Source: Iphione sp. A-MEVVRFRX5 (taxonomy: Eukaryota). From it: 64,000 bases of DNA. A model generated the notes under the pieces. The model did not search any database. It was not told where the DNA came from and worked only from the letters and a program-made list of their open reading frames with translations. The stretch spans positions 27,218,001 through 27,282,000 of the forward strand of contig OZ320322.1 of assembly GCA_976226885.1 (NCBI GenBank). The letters are read 5' to 3'. Below are positions 13,144 through 24,166 of the stretch, one piece after another (the stretch's first letter is position 1; each line of letters opens with the position of its first letter). A program made the translations under genes and the position numbers.

Positions 13144-16142
13144 TAATGCTTGCAATATCAAAGCTACCCTCCCCTGTCTGGATGATGCCCTGTGTTGTCT
13201 CTAATGGTAGGAAGTCACTGCCAAGTCACCCAACACCTGCAATATGAAAGAGAATCCCTCCTCGCAACGTTGATGCCTTGTGTTGTCTCTTATGTTAGTT
13301 AGTTGCAGTTGAGCCGCCCTGACCCACCTCCCCTTATTATCCCTTGAGATCGAGCAGTCTGGCTAAAGATCATTACTTCCATAGTAAATTAGTTACTAAG
13401 TCACTAAAATAGTCCAGTCATGGATAATGATATCCAGTTAAACAGTACAAATATTAACTAAAATACATCAGTTCCTCAAGTCAAGTATAATTAATGTGAT
13501 TTTCCAGTTGTCAGGTCTCCGATTAAGGGCTCATTACTGTATATCTATAGATGTGAAATGAGGCAAAGTGCCCTTCTGTGATGTGATCGTGGATGTGACT
13601 GCAGTTTAAATTGAAAGTTTAGATCACCAGAGAGGGCCAACGAGGAGCTAAGGAAATGTACTTCAGTTCAATTTAGGGTCAGTACCAAAGTGAAGGCAAC
13701 CATAGGGAGGTAATGAGAACAAAACACTCGTCAAGTAAAATAAACAGTTGTGTTTAAAGTGCAGATTTCAACTGTTATATAAACATCATATTCTAGAAGA
13801 GTCTTACCATTCTGTGTTATCAGCTGGATAGATTATAAAGACAGCCATGCAGATGTGGGGCTGCGGTGAGCAGCAAAGTTGTTGCAGCTAAGATACAGGG
13901 AAAGTGATCAACATATTAGGTGGTGAGCTTTATGCATGCAGTAGATCACTCTCTACTTCAATTCATGTTATATATACATTTGTTCGCCTAAGGCAGGCTT
14001 TCAATTTACACTTATTTTCATTGTGGGAAGTATGTCCAGGATATGTGGGAAAAGGCCAGATACCCATGTATTTACACAGAGTATATGGATGTTTATGCAA
14101 GAAGTTGATCTGCCAACCACAGGTGTTCCTGGCTATGCATCCGAATGCAGCATATATGATTAGTGTATTTTTACCACCGGTTTTTATGAACTTGGCCCCC
14201 AGGGGTTGGTTTGGCTTTTATATCAAAGATATATGCATTGGTATACCTTCTTACCTCAGGTAACACTTAGCTTCAAATTTCCCAAATTTGTGCCAAATTT
14301 CCGAATTGGTTTTCAAAGGATCGAGCAAATCTGGCCCTTAATATGAGCACGTCCCGGATGTGGTTTAAATTTCAAAATTTGCAACACTTTTACATCAAGA
14401 AGTTGTATGGTTCATTTCAGGATATCCACAGAACGAAAGCATCATGTTTACTCTGTGATTGACGATTATAGAAGGTATAGGGGGGATTTTATCTATCGTA
14501 TCCCACAAGCAGCAGCTAACTCAATATTTTGGTTACTTACCGGTAGAATGTTACACAGACCCTACGGGTCTTTCCTATAATAGTCCTGCGGAGCGCCTCA
14601 GGTTTCCCTAACGGCATTCACCTGCAGGGGCTAGTAGTAATAAGAGCCCCAGAGGAGAGTTGTGTGGGGCGCAGGATTCCCCATTACTTCTGGACCCCCT
14701 TTTGACAGGCGCCCTATACGACACCTGTCCTCAATGATAAGTTAATGCACCCCTCTGCTCATCGCACACTACCGCTTCCGTGACCGCTATCAACACATCT
14801 ACCTACATCGACTTTGCCACTCCCAATTTGTTTCCTGATGCCGTCTACACCTTTGATCCCTGGGGGTTTTTTTTCGCCATCCCGAACCACACCTGAGCTC
14901 AGCCTGCGCTTGGTGTTTTGCACTATGATATCTAGACGTTTTGTTAGCTATAAACCCATATGTATGACATATTGTCTGCATGAAAAGCAGCCAGGTCTTA
15001 CTTCATTTATATTTGATTCTGGTGACAGGTCTGTTTTGTCGATGTGAATATTTTCTCACCTGTACTATCCCAGCTACAGGGCCTTGAGGATTTGCCTCCT
15101 GTCGTTAACCTTTTGACCTCTGGCGCTGACCTCACGTGATAGATTGCGGGTTGCTGCCTCGTCCATCATACACTAATGTCTTCTACCTTGGGTTTTACTT
15201 CCTTATGACCCCACATACAGGCTATGAATGTGAGTTATTCTAGCGATATAATGTTCGGGGTCAAGTCCTATTTGACACATAAGGGAGAATTTACTAACTT
15301 GTTTACAGAGGATGATCGCATTGCATAGTACGTTGTATTTCGTTACATTATGAGAACAGCTGGCTCTAAACAGTTATCTTCAACAGCAGTCAATAATGCC
15401 AATCGAAAAGATCCAAAGCCGGACCATAACGATACAGACGCTTGCAAAACATGTTCGAAATCGTCATAGAAATACCAACATTTCCCATCCTAGCTTAGCT
15501 TATATTCACTTATATTAATTCAAATGAAGGTCATACCGTTTAAAGCGATTTACCGGGAATGTACTTTTACAGTAGCAAAGCAGAGTGTACATTTACAGGA
15601 ACAAAGTAGATTCCTGGTGAGTTTAATGCAGTGGACTACAGTACCATCTTGCTGCAATTGAAGACCTACCAGCACGTAAAGAAAATCAGGGTGCAGGGGG
15701 GGCAAAGGCATCCCGATACCTGCGAAAGATAACGTTTGCCAACGTTGGAAGTCAAAGACTGGTGGCGAGCACCCCGAGGTGCTGGCACCCAGTATACAGG
15801 TAAAACAGAGGCGGGTGGGCCCGTGGGTGACTTAAACAAACCCTGGACTCCCCGTCGTCACCTGAGAACCGACATAAACACGCCTCCGTGCAAGTGACTA
15901 GGAGTGGAAGAATGTTATCCTAGATGGGGCTGTAGAGGGGTGAGTTTGAAGCCTCAGAAAGGACCGGGGGTTAAATGCGTTATCCAGGGTTGTGTGGGCT
16001 GCTCGTCTGCCTGACTTGAACCATTACTGTGGTCCATTACTATTACCTAGTTCCTAATCTAGCCATCAGACACAAGATGGATTAATATACTATGCTCACA
16101 CTGTTATTCTATAACGCAGAGAAAGATGGAACAGTATATACA

Positions 16143-16144
<2 letters not shown>

Positions 16145-16177
<33 letters not shown>

Positions 16178-16189
16178 GGGGAGAGAGAG
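16145..16189. repeat. Compound (AT)n(AG)n microsatellite
   Basis: Direct reading. Confidence 0.9.
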
Positions 16190-16943
16190 AAGACGTACTA
16201 ACCCATAATATGCTGTCTTATCCAAGCACTTGACGAAATGACACAGATGAACATAACAGAGATTTTTCCTTCAGTCCTGAAGGGCAAGCTGATGCTTTCA
16301 GAGACACTCAGTATCAAACTCAAATGCAAGATACACTAAAAACTCGCAATTGTTTTGGACAAGATGGAAACCCAAACCTACTTTTCTGTGTATTGGGTTA
16401 CTCACTATACTGTGTGCCAATCTCGATGCAGACGGCGATGAGCTATGACTTGGGGGAATGATGATACATGAGGGGCTCCTGTATGAGTTAGTAACGTGCG
16501 CCCCAATAGTGAAGGAACCCCAGCTCATGGGTCACCAATTCTTTATGGCCAGGACAAGAATCCGCGACAAAAAACCACCTTCAAGGCATTCTTACATCTG
16601 AGTGACTCGTTAGCTTAACAAGTTTCCAGTTGGTACCTCGTTTACTGGAGAGGAGAGCTCATAGCGTCCTACTGGTGACTTGTGCAAACAAATATCTCTT
16701 AACATCATATGACGAAAAGTCATATGCATATGTATTTCGTTGATTCAAATTCTAGCTTATACGCTTACAATTACTTCAAAGCGATAGATATTGCTCCGAG
16801 AGAGAATGTTACACTAGACCAGGTATGCTTATTCCATTTCAAATGCATGCACTGTGCATATATGGTGGTAACATAGGACACACAACCTTACCTCGCTGCA
16901 TTTCATAAATTCCCATGTTTTGCATGCACTAGTTCCTACACAT

Positions 16944-17236
16944 CAGGCCCGTAGCAAAGGGGGTATCGGGGGTAACGTCCGATACCCCCACAGGACCCAT
17001 AAATTCCACCAAGAGAATAATACATGCAAATTCTGCTAAAAAAATGGAAAGATCCATGCAAATTCAGTCCAAAAACAGTGAAATTCATGTACATTCACCC
17101 CCAAACAGTGTAATCAACATAAATTTGCCTGAAAAATGGCAAAATTCAAGTAAATTCTAACCAGGAGTTTTACATCTCTAATTTCCGCTTACACCCCCCC
17201 CCCCCACACACACAAAATCTGCCGGCTACGGGCCTG
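16944..17236. mobile_element. hAT-like MITE, ~290 bp
   Basis: Perfect 12-bp TIRs CAGGCCCGTAGC / GCTACGGGCCTG. CACAT flanks both sides. Confidence 0.8.
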
Positions 17237-17589
17237 CACATGGACATGCACGTATGTGGGAGAGGAGAGCGTCAGGGGGAGTCGTTCCTGGTTGCACCTC
17301 AACTTAGAGGAGGGTTTCCATTGAGAAGCCAATTCGCGCTGTTTAGTACTCTTAACTTGAAGTGCCTCTGAGTTATTACCGTGAAAATTCATCTTTCAGC
17401 CATACTTGTCTCCCTGTGATCTCTGTAGTCGCTCGTGTATGAACTATCTGTCCCAGGGGACCCCACCAGAGTAGCGTTGAGGGCTTTACATCCTAAGAGG
17501 CTCCATTTGCCATAATCAGCTCTCGGGCATATTTTTGTAAAGTGAAGCCAGTCTTGGCAGCCTGTTTAGTCTATAGGGTCGTCTGTCAG

Positions 17590-17695
17590 CAGCTGCAGGC
17601 GCGCCATCTGCCAGCATCTGTTGACACCTGCTGACATCTGCTTCCATCCGTCAGTCGTGGCAGACACCGCATCTGCCAGCTTCGCGCGACATCTG
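17590..17695. promoter_or_regulatory. E-box cluster (candidate bHLH enhancer)
   Basis: CAGCTG 17590, CATCTG 17605, CATCTG 17615, CACCTG 17625, CATCTG 17635, CATCTG 17670, CATCTG 17690. Confidence 0.45.
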
Positions 17696-19599
17696 CTCGT
17701 TTAGAGGTAAGGGAGTCAGGTTGGGTAAGGTACCGTCTTGTCATCACTCCGTTTCAACACCTGCCAAGCCACAATCGTCTCTCTGCTGACATTCATTACA
17801 AGAACAAGCACACGGTGCCCACTTTATCGCTACTCCTGAAACTTAGTGCCAACACAGAGCAGCCCATGTTGGCAACTAGGGACTTCCTACCTCGAAACTG
17901 AGGAATCCACACTAACTACACTTTTCCCTCCTTGGCCAAACTTTTTTTTTCATTTCAAGCCGTATTTCGCTAATTTTTTGCTCTAGTCTGGATGTTGCAA
18001 AGGTGGCAGCGTTTTTCCTTGCCGCTTTGAAATATGAGCTTTGTTATAGATAGTCCTTGGTAAACAGGATGCTATAGTTTTTATTGTGTTCCACGCCATA
18101 ACAGATAGGCTTATTATTTCTCACAAAAAGCGTTATACAGTACCTCCCGGAGAAGATTGCAGTTATTATTACACGCTCAGGCCAATCAAAAGTAATGGTG
18201 TTTCCATCGGTATAATGCACCAAATTGTGTTATATACCCATTTGACTAAACACGAGCATGTGTTTAGTTATACTTCTCTAATTTAGCCGCAGTCGGGATA
18301 AATGGTACTTGTAACAAGATACGGTGTACTTATGCCCTTTACAAGTGTAAAACACTGTTCTCTTCCCGGGAGATTATTTTGCGCAGGTCTACGTACTTAA
18401 TGATTGGGTGATTGATTTCCCTCCCGAGAGGCAGCTAAGACACTAAGCTGATAACCTCAGCATGCTTCTGCTCTTAGCTGCCGGTATACCTCAGGGTCCG
18501 ATATTGGCTCCTGGCTGTTTCTCGTTATACCAAATTACCTGGAAAAATCTATTATCCGAGAAAACATACCAGAGTATGTAACAAAAGAAATATTGACTTC
18601 AGACTATAGCCATACATCGTTATGTATTGACTCCACTGAAGAGATACGCCATCCCCACCCTTGAAAAGTTCATTTATGTTCTCTAAATTTGGTTTCGGCC
18701 CACTACTTTTAATTTATCATAGATTGGGTGCACTTGGATTTTATGTTTGGCTTCTCGTGAATGTTCAACGTTTTCTCTATAACCCACACATCATAGGTGC
18801 TTCCTATGTGGAATTCCCGGGTTACCTGAAACATTTATGTCCGAGGAACTACATTGATAACGATGTAGAGGAAACATTTTATTCCCCCAAGAATGCCCAT
18901 AGTACTAGACTTCTTTCTGTGATACATCTTGTTCGCCAGCCATAGCATCACATCCTTCTGGGCACATATCAGAACGTATTTATGCCATGCTCTGGTCCAT
19001 GATGGAATCCAAATCATTTCTTGTTCTACAGTAGTGTGTGTTTGAAGTGATAATCCAATTATCACCGGACTCATTTTATCTTCATTCTCCTGACGTGATT
19101 CTTCTGAATTCGGTTCTGACTCCATTCTTTTGCATTCCGGTTAGTCGTACTTACACCACCCTCGTTAGCCACCTCCCTGTCTTATACATGTTTTACATTC
19201 AACAGCATTCATACACTTCTGTGTTTAATTTAATCATTTTGCCCTCGTCCGATGTTACTTAGACAAAGAGGCTTAGTAAAAATGTTCACCTTTCTCTGCA
19301 GGTGTTTTCAGAGAACCCTTAGTGAGAGTACATGCGTCAAATACAGTCAGTTTCCAGGTGTGTGGTCAAGATATTTCTAGCGGTTTGATTACTTGGTGGC
19401 ATCCTGTGTTAAGCGTAATAGTTTTCTAAACCTTTTAAATGATTTTTTTCGTTGAATCGGTTAAGATTAATTTCACGTGATTGTGTTAAATACAAAACTA
19501 TACCTGCACATGGAGATTTTCAAGCTTACATGTACCCAATGTATATCTTTAAATCCTTCCGTAAGGTTTATTTCTCGTCGTCCCTAGTATAATACATGC

Positions 19600-20850
19600 A
19601 TGTTCTTTCTAGCCCGGAAATCCCACATCAATTGGGTAAATAATGCAATAGATTTTCTCCCCATTCAGGACCAATTACCCTCAACCCAAGTGGCCATTGA
19701 CTGTTATGCCGTCTTTCCATGTGTATGTAGATATATGCACCCTCCTGGCCCTGTACGCACCTGCAAATCCCCTATGCACTGTCACGCATTGTGTAAACCA
19801 TACACACATGGAATGGTTGTTGGCCAAACCTCAACTCTCATTATTCATGCACATCCCATTCCGCACTGCTACACACCATGGTGCAAGAGAATGGGATGAC
19901 CCCGATCATCGCACATGTCCCATCCCACAGGGCATAAACTATGCACACACGGGTAGGGCGCAGTTGAAATGTATCCTCTCATTTGTCCCACAGTCCCAGA
20001 ACTGTGTCTGGGTGTGACTCTGTCCAGGTGTGTAAAAATGTACGCACGGAAAGTGCCCCTGAAGAAGATTTTCCATGTGTCCGTACTCATGCTTTCAGAC
20101 ATGTTGCCATTTTGTATTTTCATGTCTACGCCATATGAGTGTCTTTCCATTGATTTATATTCAAAAGAATAGACAAAGCATACCCTGGAGCAATGTTCAG
20201 AACTGATATCGGTTTAAATCAATGTCCCAGCCATCAGGGTTATGCAGCCGTAGTCAAAACAAAACTGGTCACTGTCCGATCAGCATCTCCCTTCACACCT
20301 GTGAGCATAATGAATGCATACATGACAAGGGGAGAGTTTGTGATCAATGTCCGGATTTTTTTTGCATGTTACATCTATGTATTTTAAAGCATAAATGTAT
20401 GCAAGGTGCAAGTACATGTGAACAGGTGTTCCAGAGTCGCTCTGCAAAGTACTAGCTACCTTTCAGCAAGAACTCTGGCAATGAAGGTTGGGATCGATCA
20501 TGTATCAGACTTTGCGGAGTATCAAGGATTGGCTGCATGGCATCCACCGGCAAATGTCATTAGGACTTCTACCGATGACAGCAGCTTCGAAGACCAGATG
20601 TGGAACATCAACGCAGATCAAAAAAGAAAGACCATGCTCCAGAAGGCTTGGGATGTCATTGCGTTATAAGGAACAAGCTACCTCCAAACATGAAAAACTC
20701 AGAAAGACCGAACATCAAACAATAGGTCCAGAACCAACGCCAGACTGCAAGACCATTCATCAACTGAGGATGGGTTTGGCAGACCCCTGATGGGTTGAAA
20801 AGCGCATAATTGTCTGAATTACTCCCACCCGAACCACAGATCACTAATAC
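19600..20850 (+). mobile_element. Degenerate L1-like LINE endonuclease/linker fragment
   Basis: TLLALYAPAN (~TL.NVYAPN), IFMSTPYECLSIDLYSK (~TFFS..H.SYSRID..L.S), TGHCPISISL (~SDHCPISISL) in correct order. Confidence 0.45.
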
Positions 20851-21051
20851 CTTGAAAGGCCCATGACCAACTAAAACCCTTCAGAAGCCCTATTTCACCG
20901 GCTACATATTAGTGCGATATATTAGTCCTATAGACATTTTCTTTTGCTTCAGCAATTTTGTAATGTCAAAACACTATGAAACTCTGAAGTGCTGTAGCGA
21001 GGCATACTATGCTGTAATTAGCTATGAATCAATGTAATTCCATATTGGGGG

Positions 21052-21147
21052 GTTAGTCACTTGTCACCAGTTGTTTTACTCCGAGGAAATAATAACTGGC
21101 GTTAGTCACTTGTCACCAGTTGTTTTACTCCGAGGAAATAATAACTG
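21052..21147. repeat. Perfect tandem duplication, 49-bp period
   Basis: GTTAGTCACTTGTCACCAGTTGTTTTACTCCGAGGAAATAATAACTG at 21052 and 21101. Confidence 0.95.
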
Positions 21148-21773
21148 CTCAAGGTAGTAACTATCAGTTTGTATTATGGTGACTGGTACAGGATGCTGCA
21201 GCAACATAGCTGTAGGAGGAAAAGCAGGTTGTAGTTGACTGTGACGGCATATACATGTACCATCAACCTGACTGCACATCGATATTGATATTAAAGCGTT
21301 ACCTCAGAAGCCAGCATCCAAATGTTGTAAATCAACCAAAATACACATATACAGATAATAAGCAAACCAATAACATGATATCATTCATAGTTTATTGCTA
21401 TATGCTTTAAATTCATGGTGGGAGCATAAAGACTATCTAACACACACAATCTAATGGTTAATGAACACAATCCACTTGTGAGTGCTCCTACTATTGCCAG
21501 CAGGTTATACAGAGTGCTAACTGGACTTATAACGGACTCCAGCGAGTCAAATCCTTGTATTATTGTATGTATATAGTAGCTTCTTGACTTTTCTTCACCG
21601 CTTTTCATCTGCATTGGTCCAATGAACTTTGTGTACAACAAAGATGGCAGTAAAAATATTGATTGATTGGCTGATTGATTGATTGATAAATATGTGTGCA
21701 TGGGACATTCTCCTAAGCGATATCCACAGAGAAGGGTCAGGCTGTCCCCACATACGAACACTCCAAGAAAATA

Positions 21774-21950
21774 CAGTAGAAAGCCACTTTAGGGACACGT
21801 CTCCAAGAGGGACAAGTCTCAAATAGGGACGCTTTCAGGGAGAACAGATTGTCTTTTCTCTAGATGAAAAACGTCTCTAATAGGGATGAGTCTCAATTAA
21901 GGACACTTTGGAAAAGAACCAAGGGAGACCTGATTAGAGGCTTTCGACTC
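21774..21950. mobile_element. Tc1/mariner (pogo-like) MITE
   Basis: TA-CAGTAGAAAGCC ... GGCTTTCGACTC-TA (10/12 TIR match), with internal repeated GGGACA motifs. Confidence 0.7.
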
Positions 21951-22399
21951 TACAGGCTCTATGTACAATGCATTGATTGTTTAGGTACAACACTCACTCC
22001 TCGGAATATCTTGACTAATGGTGTTTTGTCAATCTGGCCATTCGTTCTTTGTTTCAAGCAGAACATATTTTTTAATTCTCTAAGGCTATCATCTGAAGTG
22101 GCAAAAAAAAACCCGCAAATGCGTCGAGATGAATGCGGTAGATATCTCATTGACAGGAACAAAATACATTTGCTGGGAGAGCATGTACCACTATTTCAGC
22201 TGGGAGAGCATGTATCATCATATCAGCCCATAACAGCTGCTGCGTGCTGAGGTAAAAAGATGACAACTGAGATAATTGGTCATGCCACAGGTGTCTGCGA
22301 TAGCACAAGGCGGTTTTATTTAATGTAAATGTCAGTAGGGTGCCGGTCAGTCCTGTCAAATTTTTCGATGCATTATTTTTTCCTGCAGCGTTTGACTGT

Positions 22400-22760
22400 C
22401 ACGAATCATGGCCTGGTCTGTTTTTGTACCGGCGTGAGAGACAAGGTCATGTTCCCAACGAAAATTGTCAATTTAGCGAAATTCGTCGGACGAATGTGGG
22501 GCCCTTGGTCAAAATTACATCCACGGAAATGCTATGATCTGTCAGAAGGTAATGATCTAGGGACCCAAAGTGCGACGGATCTCTTATGTTGACGTCTCTC
22601 CAGGGAAAACTAGCTAAGCAGACGTCACACAACTCAAAGTACCAGAGTCTATACCCTTTATCGAGTGGCCCCATCTTCCTGGCCATCCAGAATATCGGCC
22701 ACATCTATTTCTCGGCGAAAGACGGACTAGATGCGCCCGACCGCTCCGTCTGCACCTGTC
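22400..22760 (-). mobile_element. Possible LINE endonuclease fragment
   Basis: NIRDPSHFGSLDHYLLTDHSI resembles the EPTH..TLDL.LT...SDH region of AP-like endonucleases; single weak match. Confidence 0.25.
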
Positions 22761-22801
22761 CCTTGACCTGTTCAATAAGATCCTCTTTCCAATCTCAACT
22801 A

Positions 22802-22981
22802 CAGTAGAACCTAGCGACACCCAAGACAGCGGACACCTGCAGACTGGGGACGTTTTTTTTTTTTGCTAGAACAACATCATATTTCGGCTATATGTAGTAC
22901 AATTCAGGACAGGGGACACACCCCAAGTTAGGATACTTTTATTTGGGCACAAAGGTTGTCTGCACTTGTTAGGTTCTACTG
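22802..22981. mobile_element. Tc1/mariner (pogo-like) MITE
   Basis: Perfect 11-bp TIR CAGTAGAACCT / AGGTTCTACTG with TA target duplication. Confidence 0.85.
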
Positions 22982-23932
22982 TATGCCATAATACACGAAG
23001 CAGCTGGTATCTCATGTTCTTGTGGACTGAAGGGCTTCTGGCAGTTTGACCAGCCCCTGTGTGCTAATGAGCTTTCCCAGGGAAATATCATGGACAGATG
23101 CGTGTACCTGCTTCCTCGGGGATCTTCCCAGCAACTCGCCTGAAACATTCCTAACCAGACTGTGACATTCTTCCCCGGGCACCTCTCTCCACATACAAGC
23201 AGTAGATGGCTAGCTACATGTGGCATTCGTATTGGTTTTCTCTAAATGGGTTCAGTGAACACGTGTGAATAATATATTCAAATAAATATTCAAATGTTTA
23301 GATGCTAGATATTTATTCCCCTTTCAGGTAACAGTAGTGGGATGCAGTGAGTTCTGCCAGTGAACCAAACGATGAACAAAAAGGAAGAGCTTCAGATAAA
23401 TAGGTGGATATGCATCAAAATGAAAAGTATGTATGAGAGATATGCATACATAGAGAAAAACAGAAACACCAAATTAACAAATGCAATGACTAAATGTGCG
23501 CCAGAAAGCTGATTTTGTTAGAGTAATTGATCTTCTGGATAGGTTTTTACTGAGTTGACCGCATTGACGGATCCAGGAAAATTGTTCCAAGTTATAACAC
23601 TTGGGTACCAGAAACAATTCAGATCCAGTGCGGTTCTCGGACGCTTTAGAACTGTGACATTTCTGTTGCTTTGTCTGGTCAGTTTCCTGTTACCAAGATT
23701 GGTAAGGTCACATTCACAGTTATCGTTATTTTGTTATTACAAAACCTAACGTCTTTATGTTATTCAGAACAAGACAAACAAGATCATATTTGTTACTCCC
23801 ATTGCCACCTAGACAGTACTTTCTAACTTTATGCTGACCTCAGTTTTCTTTATTTACCATATCACTTACATTTGCCTAGCTTACATGTACACAAAAATAA
23901 CTTTCTACAAAATTTATTTTTTATCTTCCGAG

Positions 23933-24166
23933 TAGAGTTAGAATCCGGTCGTACAGAGAGTGGCAACCACAGCACGTGTCCTCCCAATGATCACCTGATG
24001 TATCCGCTGAGAGAAGAGCCTACTTCAGATACTTTTAGCTTTCCACACTGTGGCCAGCCTCTGGGGCGTGCGAGACTCACAATGGCTTCGTATGGTGGAT
24101 ATAGTGGGCGCAGCAAAGCCATAGTTCTGCTGCCAGTGGTCTGCACACTATCTACAGAATTCTGTA
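23933..24166. mobile_element. Possible older MITE of the same TA-CAGTAGAA family
   Basis: Decayed ends TAGAGTTAGAATCC / AGAATTCTGTA and a similar internal layout. Confidence 0.35.

Noticed and set aside
14921-14960. CACTATGATA resembling the start of the amphioxus ProtoRAG terminal inverted repeat
   Set aside because: Only about 10 bp match, no properly placed partner TIR, and no RAG1/RAG2-like coding sequence nearby.
15640-16060. GC-richer block that may be an interspersed repeat fragment
   Set aside because: No TIR, TSD, Pol III boxes or protein motif that I could verify.
18835-19125. - strand ORF with weak likeness to a Gypsy integrase segment (WHKYVLIC)
   Set aside because: Single weak motif; no other pol motifs or LTRs seen.
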